From positions 7,874,001 to 7,938,000 of the forward strand of contig OZ249443.1 in NCBI GenBank assembly GCA_965235115.1: DNA of 64,000 nucleotides, read 5' to 3'. This document shows, in pieces, positions 38,905 to 53,820 of this stretch (the stretch's first letter is position 1; every line of letters starts with the position of its first letter). The DNA is from Laetmonice hystrix. Taxonomy: Eukaryota. The position numbers and the translations under genes were made by a program. The notes beneath the pieces were generated by a model. The model saw only the letters and a program-made list of their open reading frames with translations, had not been told where the DNA came from and did not search any database.

Positions 38905-39750
38905 CTTGCGTGTGTTATAAAAACAAATCCTCACAACACACAAGTAAGACGGCTGGGACGCTAAAAGATGAGGCTGTCTCAGCGCATGATTCTGTTCACA
39001 CTACCCCATAACACGACCACAACATCATTCATAAAGAGGCATGTTACTATGTATAACAGCCTTGTATGTGTCGGAAGGGATAACAACGAAATATAACCAG
39101 TATATTTTAGATGCAATGATTTACCAAATCTTTCCCCACTCCAAACGCCCAAACTCTACGTCAATCATGTAACATTCATTTTAACCAAACAATCCGCAGA
39201 GAACCCTGGGAGTTTCAACATTTATAAAAACTGAAAACAACCTACTAAAGGCAATACGGCTGTCCGATGACATAGGTGGACAGTGAATCATGACTTAAAC
39301 AGGAAAAGATGGTCAAACAAGTATGCGGTTTTTGTGGTCTGGTGTCATACATTGCCACCAGGCTTTGTTTGTCTAAATGGGGAGCCGGTGGTTGGGGATG
39401 GTGTCCTATTGTCCCAGTGAGGCCAGCAGAGCCTGAGGTGTGTCCTGAGCCAGGACGTCTACACCAGAGATTACCAACGACCTACCACAACACTGGTCCC
39501 GTCACTCATCATGTCGTGACATCATTCATTATGGTCTGCACCCACCTAACCTTACCAACAACTCAACAAAGTCTCTAACAAAGACTAAACTAACACTGGT
39601 TAAAGCCTGCTAGTACTGCTGGCTCGGAATACTATGTAAGCCGCCCTCCCATTCATCACCAAATCATCCTGATCCACTGCCAGGCAATCCTTTACTTTTC
39701 TATAAAAACACTCGTATACCTTTCTATAAAAACACTAAGTGCATGCTTAC

Positions 39751-39805
39751 CTGCCGACTTAGGCTCAGACAAGTTGAAAACGAAAAGCCAAACGGTAACA
39801 CTCAC
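39751..39805 (-). CDS. Candidate exon (VSVTVWLFVFNLSEPKSA) or UTR exon
   Basis: Very strong acceptor tttttgtgtttgtttttcag and donor CAG|gtaagc, 55 nt, one open frame. Confidence 0.4.
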
Positions 39806-42169
39806 CTGAAAAACAAACACAAAAACATGAAATGTGAGTCATGCAAGTTTGAAGTATTATGTTGATAAAATCCAACATCTCCGGTAAAAAAACGGTTACA
39901 AACTCTGGACTCTTGGGAAGAAGTGCAAGTGGCATATCTGATCAGGAATGCGGTTTTTAAGCATTCACTTGAAAATTCACTTATTACATTTAGAAAACAT
40001 GAATATTGAATGATTAATTATACCATGATGGAATAAAGTATGAAAGAGTTTTCAATGGACACCTTATGAATATTTCCCCTGTAAGCATCTCTCCGCCCAT
40101 GGTATTTTTTTCCTGACCATTTTTCCCAAATTCCCAACAGGGCTTTGCAAATTAAATCCACGAAAAAGCACTCAAGTGTGCCTAATTGGGATGGCTAACT
40201 TGATACAAACATTCATAATTTAAGCACCACAGTCTCGCTGGCTATTGGTTTTACCAGTCATTTACATAATTGATTAGAAGTTTACCAAGTAAGACCCTTT
40301 CTCTTCAGCCATTTCAATTAACCTATTGTCATTTCATTTCGAGTGTGGAAAAAGTTGCGCCTGTGCTGACATTAAAATTACAATCCTTGAGCAGATGTTT
40401 CTGAGCATGCGCGGAGTGAAGCCAACACGGATCATAGCATCCAATCAGCATTCATATCTTTATTGGTGACCTACTTAAACAAGGATTATATCTGCTGGAT
40501 CTGATCACAGACCTCCTATGAGATTCGATTGGGTGGATTCATTAGGAATGGCCAACTCTTTTAGTGGGCACACATCTGAAGAGTCACACTCATTTTTACC
40601 ATGAAGGGGAGGAGCAGAGCTTGGCTCATTGTCCAACACTGCTGATTGATGACGATCTTGACTTTGTAATTACAATATTACATGGCAAAGATGAATTGTA
40701 AATCACATCAATGTCACAGCTCCATTGTCTAAATCTTTTTTAATGACGCATAACTCTGATTGCAAAGGAAGTCATGAACAATTGGAATCGTAATCCTGTC
40801 ACATATAATCTACTTTGACACCCATCATCTTCGTCATTGTGATCGGCACAGGGAAAATAGTCGATGACAAAACGTCCTTTAAAATATAATCACATTTATT
40901 GTGTTAGGACCAACATCATGAAACGCCAGGCTAACATCACGAAAGATCTACTAACCACAAACAATAAACATGCAACTTGGCATCTTTCTATAATGCGGAA
41001 TTTCGGTCTAACATCATTCAAAATAACTATCAATTTTCATGAAACAAAACGAGCCATTTACTACATTTGAGCGTGACTCAGCAAAACACTCTTGGGCATA
41101 GCAGTCCGTGTTTCTATCATCCATTTAGTCATGAAAAATTAGCGGACACCAAAATGTAATTTTACTTTGAATTACAACCTGTAATTGGTCAGTCTAGCAA
41201 ACATTGGCCGATATCTGCTCAGGAACCAGAGAGAACGGAGCGGTCGTTAGGAAGGAATTAATGACGAAACGTGTTAAACTTGACAGAGGAGAGTCGCCAT
41301 GTTGTGAGAATTATGGCGACTGCCCCATATAATGGAAACCAACTTGATTAGTGTAAAAACCTTCCCTATTCTGACAGCAGTGCACATATCCATGGTAAAA
41401 CTAACGCTGTATCGTATATCAAATAAACATTTGCACTCAAACACGTCGTAAGGCGATACATAACCATGTCCTTTAAATTATGAATTCTCATTACAATGTA
41501 TAAAAAAACTAAAAATTGGTCAACACATTTTCACAGAGCTAACACTTCATAGTCCCCAGTTCTTGCCAACATATTCCCCTTTAATATGAAATTGGTATTT
41601 TACTTTAAGACGACTACATCAAATGGATGTAAACGCCCAGAGTTTTAAATTAATGGACGACTACATAAGAATGCGCCTGGTTTTCAGGGCAAATAAATAC
41701 GGCTTCCATAACACAGATAAGACCCTTGGATGCTGACAACATTAATTACACAAGGAGAATCTTATTTCACACTGGTGCCGTTTCACTAGCCGGATTAAAT
41801 GATAACACTTTTTGCCGGCGGTAATACCCGGCGTTTCATGAAAACTGTATTTCTGCCCTAATTTATTATGCCGTGTTCACTGAGGCGCGATCCGATCGCT
41901 TGTGACATTTATCTGTCACCAGGTCGCGCCACCGCTGCCATGATCAGCTCAATGTGACTCATGAGACGAGATGGCGGGTCCCGGGGGCGGCCACTGTAAA
42001 ACGGCCGGTTCCGTGGACCGGGGACTTGGGGCCGGTGGACCGCCGGCCGGGACAGATTGTGGCCGCTGATCACGCCCGCCCCCACCATGGCATACTCGAA
42101 ATATATATTGGGATACACCAACGCCAGGCAATTGGAAAAGATATAGCGAAAACCTGCTGGAGCAGTTTT

Positions 42170-42200
42170 AGCAGCAGCAGCAGCAGCAGCAGCAGCAGTC

Positions 42201-42232
<32 letters not shown>

Positions 42233-42260
42233 CGTAGTAGTAGTAGTAGTAGTAGTAGTA
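42170..42260. repeat. Compound trinucleotide microsatellite (AGC)~10 then (AGT)~19
   Basis: In-phase AGC run followed by AGT/GTA runs, interrupted twice by CGT. Confidence 0.97.
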
Positions 42261-43855
42261 TAGTAATGGAAGACGAGGAAGTATTACCTACCACCTCTCA
42301 AGATTTCATTTTTTAGCCCACATTTGATGTTATTGTCGTAGTCTCAGTTTCATTTTCCCCTACGCGGTAATACGTATAAATTAATAAAACTTTGACCCGA
42401 GAAATTTACTTTTCAATTTTCGGACATTTTCCGCTGGACGTGTCTCCAGGCCTCTGACACTGGGATTACACATTCACAGGTTTTGAGAAACGGCTGCTTA
42501 TAGCAATTCGGCTAATCCCAGAACTAATCCCACCTGGCAGACACAGTGCCCACCTGAAACAGGATTACCGACCATTAATCATACTCTGGTTACCAAGGCA
42601 ACCAGTCCAGAGCCGTTGTAACTTTCCCTGATTAACACTTCCCTTGTAATAGTCGGGTTGGCTGTTCAATGGGACGCTGGATTATCTGATCTACCAAACA
42701 AAGACTTCCTAATGTAAGGACGGATAACAAGACCAGCACCTGATCCAATAGCCTTCAGCAACCAATGAATCTGTTCTTATGTACAACGAAACGATGCGCT
42801 GTGCACCGGACGGTAGCTTGAACTTGTACTCAGCTGAAAAAATGAAACCACTAGTACGCCTTCATGATTTAAAGTCAAACTTGCTTCTCTTGATTCCTTT
42901 TTTATCCGTCGGACATCATGCATACTGACATTGTCCTATTCAATGGTTGATTCAGTAGCGTATTGGAGCTACAGCTCTCCACAGCAAGCCCTCAATAAGC
43001 CTTGCCTGGAGCGCAAGATTACATTCTTTTCTTTTTGGAGGCCACTGGAGCCAAGAGGTTGCAGACCTGCTGAAGTTTATACGATCCAGGAGTGCCATTC
43101 ATTGGTACACAATACCATGTGTCTACAATATCTAGTCGCAGAGTGCCTGCACTCGGTCACTGCGCTCCCTCCTATACCTAATTCATAATGAGACACACCA
43201 GCCACGTGTTCCCATTACCCTTGGACCCACACCAGATCCCTTTAACAAACATACACCAGGAACCCATGGTTGAGGAGGTGGGTAAGCTTCCTGGCTGAGA
43301 CCTAATCCTGCAACAAGTCCTGCGGCCGGAACCAGTATGGCGGCCGCCGACTCCAAGTCTCGCGCCACGTGATATAGCACGCGTTCCCGCGTGAAAAGCT
43401 GACCCAGCAGGAGACGTGTCCAATGACGTGAAACTTTCCCTTTGTGAATAAACTGGCAGTCTGTGACCAGCAATCCTAAATCCGGCTTGTTAAACCCCCA
43501 GAGAAAAGGATCAAAAACCAGTACCTTAACATCTACAATGTCATTATGTATTCGGTACCAAACCTTTTATTGAGCATAAGTCTAAAGTCGTTCACTTTAC
43601 CGCTAATCAAATACTCTCATTTACCCGAAACAATGCATTAAGAGCCTCAAGTTCTATGGTGACCCTGGTGTAAGCTATTTCTACCATATTCTCCACCAGA
43701 GAACACGCCACATTTCAGGAAAGAAGGATAAAATTCTATCTTTGGAACCCATACCAAGATATTACGTGTATTCCACTCCACTTTAGGTGTATTTTAGCCA
43801 GTGTCCAATTCATCAACCGGTGACCACTTGCTCAGAACGGACGCGGGCTGATAAC

Positions 43856-43925
43856 GTCACGTGACCGGTTGGTGAGACGGCCGGGCTGTCAGCCGCGTCC
43901 CGCTGGGAGACCCGGAAACGGAAGC
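43856..43925. promoter_or_regulatory. Promoter-like motif cluster
   Basis: GTCACGTGAC palindrome (43856-43865) and tandem ETS-like CCGGAAACGGAAG in CpG-rich sequence. Confidence 0.3.
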
Positions 43926-44544
43926 TCTTCAACCTGGAGACTGGCCGCGAACCACACACAGTTGGTCAGTCTGCCGGTTGACGGAGCTCACTCCTCCGTA
44001 ACGGCCCGTGGTACCCAACCACAGAGTGGTCAGCAGGGAGGAGGGTGGGGGGGGGGGCGACCCCACTCCACCCGTGCACTGTCTGTCACTCCCCAGGATG
44101 GAGCTATCCATCACAATACCAATATCCTGCCACTATGAGCAGTTCATCTCCCCAGGGAAATTCCCCGCCGGCCACTCTCCGCACCGACCTGACGTGGTGT
44201 GGTTACCTGTTCCACTGCCTGCTAATCACTGCCCACCTGAACAGACATCCCCACTGTAAACCCCCACTGTCCCACTGTAAACTCAAGCAATAGTTTGGTC
44301 TGAGTCCACTAGGTCTTTTTTTTTGTTAAGGGAGAATGAAGTGGTGCAAAATAGGCTGAGAGCTGCATAGCCTTCCAACGAAGAAGTTTCACCTCACCTA
44401 ATGGCCAAAACAGATTTGCAAAATGTGGCACATTATACACGGAAAAGTCATGCAATTTTGGAGATTTACAGTATACTCCAGGTTGACGGCCATGGAGCAT
44501 TGCGCTGGAGACGGTCCTCCAGAGGAGGTGGTGTCATGAACGCA

Positions 44545-44560
44545 CAGCCAGGTGGCGCCA
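44545..44560 (+). promoter_or_regulatory. CTCF-like motif
   Basis: CAGCCAGGTGGCGCCA. Confidence 0.35.
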
Positions 44561-45064
44561 CATGAGCACCCGACGTCATTACTTTGGCAACAGGCCCACG
44601 GGGTCACGTGGAGTACTCTCAGACCCGCACACAAAATGTACCGCTGCCACCGCAACCCCACCCCTCGATAAACGTATAACTCTTTAGAGTAATTTTGAGG
44701 GTTTTTTAAAGAATAACTCGACCTACGGTAGATCCAGTGAGGACAAGGGGTCTGCCCCCACCCCCTTGGTACGCGTGCTCCATGTTTTCTCTAGTAAAGA
44801 TTTCTGGATCCATACTGCATCAACCCTCTTATTATGTCAACTTTCCCTGTTGGGTCCCAAAATTCTGACCAATACTGTTAGATTTGTTCATACGTTTTTC
44901 CAGCCCTCCAATTATCCTGCTGATAAAATACGGCATGACTGTCCCTCCAAGATCACCTCAGAGAGTTGTTAATCACAGGAGAATCACACAAGTATCGAGA
45001 CCCGGCCGTTCTAGGAGACACTCCGCAAAAGGCCGTGCCACAAATCATCACTATTCAGACATTC

Positions 45065-47073
45065 CGTCTCCAAACAAACTGTCCAGTTACCACACCCTGG
45101 GCCTCTACTTGTAACCGGTATCACAATATCACCCACCACCAACGTCTCCAAACAGCCTGTCAAGTTACCACGCCCTGGGCCTCTACTTGTAACCGGTATC
45201 ACAATATCACCCACCACCAACACGCCAAACAGCCTGTCCAGTTACCACACCCTGGGCCTCTACTTGTAACCGGTATCACAATATCACCCACCACCAACAC
45301 GCCAAACAACCTGTCCAGTTACCACACCCTGGGCCTCTACTTGTAACAGGTATCACAATGTCACCCACCACCAACACGCCAAACAACCTGTCCAGTTACC
45401 ACGCCCTGGGCCTCTACTTGTAACCGGTATCACAATGTCACCCACCACCAACACGCCAAACAACCTGTCCAGTTACCACGCCCTGGGCCTCTACTTGTAA
45501 CTGGTATCACAATATCACCCACCACCAACACGCCAAACAACCTGTCCAGTTACCACACCCTGGGCCTCTACTTGTAACCGGTATCACAATATCACCCACC
45601 ACCAACACGCCAAACAACCTGTCCAGTTACCACGCCCTGGGCCTCTACTTGTAACAGGTATCACAATATCACCCACCACCAACGTCTCCAAACAACCTGT
45701 CCAGTTACCACACCCTGGGCCTCTACTTGTAACCAGTATCACAATATCACCCACCACCAACACGCCAAACAACCTGTCCAGTTACCACGCCCTGGGCCTC
45801 TACTTGTAACAGGTATCACAATATCACCCACCACCAACACGCCAAACAACCTGTCCAGTTACCACACCCTGAGCCTCTACTTGTAACAGGTATCACAATA
45901 TCACCCACCACCAACACGCCAAACAACCTGTCCAGTTACCACGCCCTGGGCCTCTACTTGTAACCGGTATCACAATATCACCCACCACCAACACGCCAAA
46001 CAACCTGTCCAGTTACCACACCCTGAGCCTCTACTTGTAACCGGTATCACAATATCACCCACCACCAACACGCCAAACAACCTGTCCAGTTACCACGCCC
46101 TGGGCCTCTACTTGTAACCGGTATCACAATATCACCCACCACCAACACGCCAAACAACCTGTCCAGTTACCACACCCTGAGCCTCTACTTGTAACCGGTA
46201 TCACAATATCACCCACCACCGACACGCCAAACAACCTGTCCAGTTACCACACCCTGGGCCTCTACTTGTAACTGGTATCACAATATCACCCACCACCAAC
46301 ACGCCAAACAACCTGTCCCGTTACCACACCCTGGGCCTCTACTTGTAACAGGTATCACAATATCACCCACCACCAACACGCCAAACAACCTGTCCAGTTA
46401 CCACACCCTGGGCCTCTACTTGTAACCGGTATCACAATATCATCCACCACCAACACGCCAAACAACCTGTCCAGTTACCACGCCCTGGGCCTCTACTTGT
46501 AACCGGTATCACAATATCACCCACCACCAACACGCCAAACAACCTGTCCAGTTACCACGCCCTGGGCCTCTACTTGTAACCGGTATCACAATATCACCCA
46601 CCACCAACACGCCAACCAACCTGTCCCGTTACCACACCCTGGGCCTCTACTTGTAACAGGTATCACAATATCACCCACCACCGACACGCCAAACAACCTG
46701 TCCAGTTACCACGCCCTGGGCCTCTACTTGTAACCGGTATCACAATATCACCCACCACCAACACGCCAACCAACCTGTCCAGTTACCACACCCTGGGCCT
46801 CTACTTGTAACAGGTATCACAATATCATCCACCACCGACACGCCAAACAACCTGTCCAGTTACCACGCCCTGGGCCTCTACTTGTAACAGGTATACACAA
46901 TATCATCCACCACCAACACGCCAACCAACCTGTCCAGTTACCACGCCCTGGGCCTCTACTTGTAACAGGTATACACAATATCATCCACCACCGACACGCC
47001 AAACAACCTGTCCAGTTACCACGCCCTGGGCCTCTACTTGTAACAGGTATACACAATATCATCCACCACCAAC
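45065..47073. repeat. Minisatellite, 77-bp unit, ~26 units
   Basis: Unit ctgtccagttaccacgccctgggcctctacttgtaaccggtatcacaatatcacccaccaccaacacgccaaacaac. The last three units are 78 bp. Confidence 0.98.
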
Positions 47074-50000
47074 ATGCACTTAAAGGACAGTATCTGGGTT
47101 GAAACTGATACGATTCTGATCTTTGAGCTCGATATGTTTCTTGTCTCAAGCAATGTCATGCTCATTACCATATCTTCATGAATTCGGAAAAAGCCATGAC
47201 TTCTAACTGTAACTTAGGTAACCAGGTCCCAGTAGTGACTAATGAGTTCTGTCCCTAGAGCTGACGTCACAACTGTGCCATCATCAGAATCTCGTTAGGC
47301 TTCGATTTGTGACAAGAAGAAGAACCGATCGCCAGCCAAGCGTGACCGTTCCTGACCTCGCTATCATTCCAGACATCTGCCAGGTCATGTCAGGTCACGA
47401 CAGGCGAGTCTGGAGGGTGGAAATAACCGCTCCTTTCTAGGCACCTGTTTCACATTTCTCCTTCTCCACTTGTCTCGCCCAGTGTCAGACACTGAGCAGG
47501 CTGCGGTATGTTTGTTGAACAGTAAGACCAAGTTGCCCGTAGTATAAGAGCCTCAGGTAAACTGACATCTTGTATTGTCAGAAGGCAAATACCGTGTGAC
47601 ACCACATTATATACGTGGACGAGCCTTTCTACGGATAACAAAGCGTTTCCCCGTCAAGCCACAATGTTACTTTATACGCCCAACAAGAAACTTAACCTAC
47701 TCTGACAAGTGTCTGATCTCCACTCGTTGTTTCATGGAAAACCGCTGGCTACTACTAGAACAACATCTAAGTCCAAACAGGACCCTGTATATTCTGGAAT
47801 GTAAATTCCCATCCCACCCCTTATGTTTTTACCTGCCTCCGTTGGTTTACTCGGTGGAAATCTCTGAATGCTTACAATATCTTTTTATTGCCTTCAAGCA
47901 ATGTCGATTTAACGGAGTCCGGTGTCCAATGCAATGCAGCACACCTTCCGGCTTATTTTTTTCACTTTCCCGTCTGTAATAACTTCAGACAATGCCTGTA
48001 CATTATTGCTCCCGCACAATCTGATATTTAGTACCTCTGACATATCTACTTCAGTACTCTTCTCTGCACAAACGTGAAAATCAAAGCCATGATATCACAA
48101 GGCCGACACTAAAAGAGACTGAGAGAAGTATTATTATCTCAAAATATACTGTCATCCTCGTAAATATTCTACACTGCCGCTTGATGTATCCAACACATCA
48201 CTGCAGAAGACAATGGGTATTTTTATCATGCTATACGACCCCACAGACGACAAATATCCTGTCAGACATCTAAAAATAATCCCTTCTACTTATTGATACC
48301 TTCCTTAATGTCGAGACAACCACAGTTTCCAGTTTCACGAAACCTCGTTCTCCGTGACAGAATTGTCCACATCAACGAGCCGCGCTCCTGTGTTCAATAG
48401 ACACACACTTTTTTCAAAAGGTATACAGGAATAAGAACGATGAGAGCTAATGTGACAGAATGGAAGGGGATTTCACGTATTTTCGGCGTTGGAGAATCCA
48501 TTCTCAATCTTTGGTGGAGGTTCCTCCAAAATCAGTTACCCTCCTCGTTTTCAGGCTTTATTTTCTTTTAAAAAAACCCTACCCCCAGTCCTCTTAAGAT
48601 ACATCTTCTAAATATCTCACTCTTACCGACTCACGAAGAGAAATTTCTATATCTCCGAAATTGGCAAATCGCTTAACTTCTTTTGAATGTCATTTTGAAG
48701 TTAGACATGAGTGGGTTCAGCCAGGTGAGTGGGACACAAGACAGAACAAAGTAAGACATGATTGACCTGAAAATAATCCTTTCATCACGCAATGTTTCAG
48801 TTGAGAATTGCAGCATCAAAGAGCATGGTTTAGACGACGGCAGCGACTCTACCTGCCAAACTATCAATAATGTAGGTGGGGCCCAACAAATGATGAGGTT
48901 CAAGGTGGGCGCATCCATCACCCAGACATATCCCCTCCAGGTGGCTGGCCGATCCCTCCCTACATCATGGTTATATACGGTTATAAAATAATAACTTTAC
49001 AACTTTACTCCAAAAAAACACACAAAAATAACACTAGATATCAATTTGATCACCTCAGGGCCAGTTATAATGACTTCCATTTGTAAAGCAATAATAAAAC
49101 ACCTAGCCGCCATGCCGTAAAGAAAAACTTATTCATGTATTTAATATCATAGGAAGGAATCTAGACACACATCATTTTTACATTTGGCAAAAACTGAATT
49201 CTTAAGATAGGTTTATATAAATAGAATAACAGTGTTTTTTTTACTATACAGCATTCAAAATGCTGGAAACGCGTAAAATCCACAGTATGAGGATATCCAA
49301 TATAGGCTATGGTCCTTGATGTCGTGAGCGAACACCTTGACCACTCGCCCAGTCCGAGCCCCCCCCCCCCCACCACCCCACCATACTTAGGCAACTTAGG
49401 CGGGCAGTCTGACGTCACCTGCCCCGTCCACGCCGGCCTCTCTCTGAGATCATCCAGCTCACTCCCTGAGCCAGTCCCAACCTGTCCCTGTTACCTCTGC
49501 CAACTGTCCATACACAGCCTTAAATTACCTGTAATTAAGGCCACTGGTAAACTAACCATACATCGCTCAGTCTTGTTTTACGGCATCGCACGCATTTTCA
49601 CCATACCTGGCGATAGCACCTGATCCATATACATGCATGTACTATACTTAATTATACATATTTTCCGATGCTGGTAAAAAGAGCATACCGTTTCTAGCTC
49701 GGGTTAGATCGGGGGCAGTCTACTTTCTTGGTTCCTTTAAATTTCATTTCATGAGCCAGGTTAAACGCAGAATTAACAACCTATATCCCTTTGTGTAGAT
49801 GGGGCCTCGGGCAAAATGATGTAGTTTTATGCTTCAGGGCAACATTATAGCTGTCTCCTTTGTTTCACGGAGCGGACCAGGACTAAATCAAGGGTTGTTT
49901 ATGGTCAAACATCCTCACATAGGTCTGTGTGAGAATAAAGTCGTTGAACAATTATCATGGTTGTCCGTTGTGAAGATAATCTTTATCCTGATTACAGATC

Positions 50001-52021
50001 TACTGACATCAAGTCTTACCCTCTCTGATTACCGTTCTGCACTCAGCAGATCTACCAAATTTACATAGAAATTAGAATTTAGAACTGTCAATTTCAAGAC
50101 ATCGCAATCACAATATAACCTACATCTACTGTGATTATCTCGATAGTGCGATTGGCACAGCCCCGTGACACCTTCCGACATTATCCCCTTGAAAATCCAA
50201 CCCGGCCATTGCACAGATCTCTCCATCTCCTCCGACCTTTATCACTGCTATCTGACGACTCCATTCTCTATTCTCTCCCAGACCATTTATACGGACACAC
50301 ACAATTAATACTTGTCAGCAGTGTCACCTATCGGGAAGAAACCTGAGACCTCTCTCCGGTACTTATCGGCTCCTATGGTCGCCGATAATGGTTCACCATT
50401 GGAATCTGACCATGAATTGTGCGCCCGGCCGCCCTGACACGAACTCCTCCCGACACGGGCACTAACTCGACCAGACAGGCCGACACCGCGCCACTACGGA
50501 TGACTTGGGAAGAGAAGTGATAAGATCTGTAAAATGTTAAAGTGTCCCAGGTCGGGTAAACACCTGAATAATCTTACCTACTCACGTGTCAACAGTTTGG
50601 TTTGGTTTTAATGTTGACGGTGTACGCCGTATTCAAACCAGCAATTCGGGCAGTGGTTCTGGTGCCAGATTTTACCACTGCCAGGTAGACGGGAATATTT
50701 GGTATACATCACCAGGACTTGATCTGCCAGTTTATACTCTTACCAAACCGCTTCAATTCACACAAATATCGGGTAAAACCTGTGTTCAAATTGATCTCCT
50801 CCACCTCCATTTTCATATTGACCCCCACGTATCACACCACATTAGTATATTAATGATTTATCTACCGCCTGTCAGTTGACATCTCTGATGGTAACGTTGT
50901 ATTTCCACCCTCAGCCTATTAATTGTGTAAAACATGGAGCTACTTTCTCAAGGTTACGGGATATGTGAAGTTAAGGAGGTGAGGGGACTATTCCCGCCGT
51001 GAGTGACAGGTGGCTAAATTGGGCAAATGGGGCAGAACTAGTCCGGCTCAACCTGTCAGCTCCCGGTGAACGAGCTGTGCTGGTCAACGGTGGGCAGCGC
51101 CCCTCGTGGGAGGTCGAGGTACCCAGGGTGCCGCCCACCTAACCAATCACAGGTGGTCATCATTTACAGACTCCCACTAACATTCACAAATCTCCGCCCA
51201 GTTTAAACAAATAATAATCACATCTTAGATACTCAGACTGCCTTTCTCCAGCGTTGTTCGTCTTGAGCTAGGGGCAGTTGTGAAGTTATAAATGTTCTAA
51301 ACCACAGAGGTCCAGTACGCAGTGTTGGGGTGGGGGGGGGGGGGGCGCCTGTGGCCGGTATACGTACAAACAGATTAAAGCAGTCACCACAGTCCAAGCT
51401 ACATTTTTTGTTTTGCTTTGTTTTTTCCACCACACCAGATGGTAATGTTGCCTCCGTGACTGGTGGTGAAATAAGCTGACAATGACAACGACAACCCCTG
51501 TTTTAACAATCCCTTCTATACGACAGCCGACTTGTTCCCACCACGATGGCAACCTGGACGGGGTCGGCATACACATCTAATTTACTTATAATTAAAATAC
51601 TGTTTCATAAACAAATAATGGACCAAGATAAATATCTGATTTCCTCATTCTTCCATTCGTCACCATGACCTTATAACGAGACCGTCGGCCTACAAGTACT
51701 CTCCATACGTACGATTCACGTCTCAATAGGTACGGTTCCCTTTTATCCTTCGACGCTGTCTAATTACTTTACCTGTCTCACTAATTACGCCCCGATAATA
51801 CATGACCTACTGAATACAGTTAACATGCCTTGATGAAAACATTAAGTGGGACGTCTGTACACCTGAGAAATACAATATTCACGGCACACTCAAACGTTAC
51901 CGACCGACTGCTAGGTACTGTCACAATACGTCAGTATCCCAGTATAGGCTTGTCACAATGAGAGCAGGGTTATTCCTCCCCATCAGCTTCCACTTGGCGT
52001 CTACATCATCCCCCATCACCT

Positions 52022-52084
52022 TACAGCAGAGCGACAGCAATATACAGCAGAGCGACAGCAATATACAGCAGAGCGACAGAAATA
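52022..52084. repeat. 21-bp tandem repeat x3
   Basis: tacagcagagcgacagcaata three times. Confidence 0.9.
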
Positions 52085-53820
52085 TGAAATCCTTTTTGAT
52101 AACTGAACCGAATTTCCACCTATTGTTCCGACTTCAATCCCTGAACATGGTCACTATAGTAATTTACATTTGATGTATTTTCAAAGGCGATGTCGCACAT
52201 TAAATCACTAGGTAATACCAGAGCGGCAACCTGGAAAGTTAAAGGGGTCCTTTTCATCTCCGGCGGGGTCACGGGGGACAATGGACAAAGTCGCCATCAC
52301 ATCACCTTTGGTTACATAAACACACCTTTGTTTATTATGTACAATAGGGCTATGAAAAAAGGATGCAATGGTACAGGTGTAACAATGGCTAATGAACTAC
52401 TATTTGTCCTTGATATCTGTTATGTGTATTTAATGCGGCATGAGTCAATGGATCTTCTGTCGTCCTGTTTATTCTACGCATGTTTCCGACCCTTGTCAAA
52501 CACGACTCGAACACGGACCGCTGTCAGGCTGGCAGATATAAATCATACCTTTTTTCATACCTTGCGCACACACTGTAATGTATCATTGCTATATGTCATG
52601 ACGGAAGCTTAAGTCATGGCTTTGTACCACCTGACCTTTTACAGACTGACAATTTTTTAGTCCAGTGTAAGCGATTAAACATGACCTATTATATCGAGTC
52701 TCAATTTTATTACATATTTTTTTTTGTTCTCCCCTATGAGAATTCCGAGTATTTCAGTGAGTTGTGATACCAATGATAAGCAATGTATTAACCTTTACTT
52801 TTACCTAACTTTACCGTACTTGCATTTCCACTGTCATAAGGTCAACCATGATCAGCGAACACTGCCAAAAATACAAACTGTCCCTCTATATTAGCCTCAT
52901 ACCGATGGCGGTTTGGCCAACTCGTCCACCCGCCCCCAGTAGCGCTTCTTCTGATCGGTACTTCAAAACCCTGCCATCTGTTGGGTATGACCTTCACACA
53001 TGACCTTGACCCCTGCCCCACCCTCCCCAGACCATAACCTCACCTTTTACCCCCAGGGAGACCTCCTGCCATAACCCCAGCCCCACCACCAGCCCCATCA
53101 GTTTTAGATACCAACCTGCTGTGTATCTAGCGGCTGGAGTAACGTAGTACTTGACAGGTCGTAGGGCCTCGCCCATTGGATGAATGTGACCCCACCGACC
53201 CCCGACCCCCTCCCGACCCCCTCCCGCCACACATGCCATGACTAAGCTGGGGGTTAGCACGGCTGCTATGTTGTCAGGTTGTCAGCTGCCTGCTCTATCA
53301 ACGATAAACATGTCGGACACAAACTACTTGGCCTCAGATGGGGAACGTACTTCACGTTGTGGAGTTCTGCCTCTCAGGGTCCCGGATGTAGCTGAATCTA
53401 AGTGGGTAGTTTACATGAGGACCACTATATGGCTCTGAGGTCCACCTAATACCAGCCCTAGCTACCACGGGTACAGATGTCCTGGTACAGATCCAAACAG
53501 AAACGTGATTCTCCATTATACTCTCAAACCTTTACTGGGTAGGCCCACTTTACTCAAGAGTTTGTTTTCCCGCCTTGGATGCCAACCCATACACAGTATG
53601 ATAATGTTTCAAGGTTTCGCTACTGTAATTGTGAGTGGAATGAGGCACTTCTCTGTGACAAATCCAGTCGTCCCAGTGGACAACCCCTTACAAACCCATT
53701 TGACACTCCTGAAGACTTTGAAATAGTCTCTTCCAAAGCTCTTGTAATGCAAACAAACGACCCATCCCGAATGTCCCTACAATGTCCGAATCTCATCCCT
53801 GACTGTGACAACAGGCCTAC

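Noticed and set aside
48673-48766. LTWLNPLM resembling the ABCC N-terminal FSWLNPL motif
   Set aside because: It is followed by an in-frame stop, and no other ABC transporter exons were seen.
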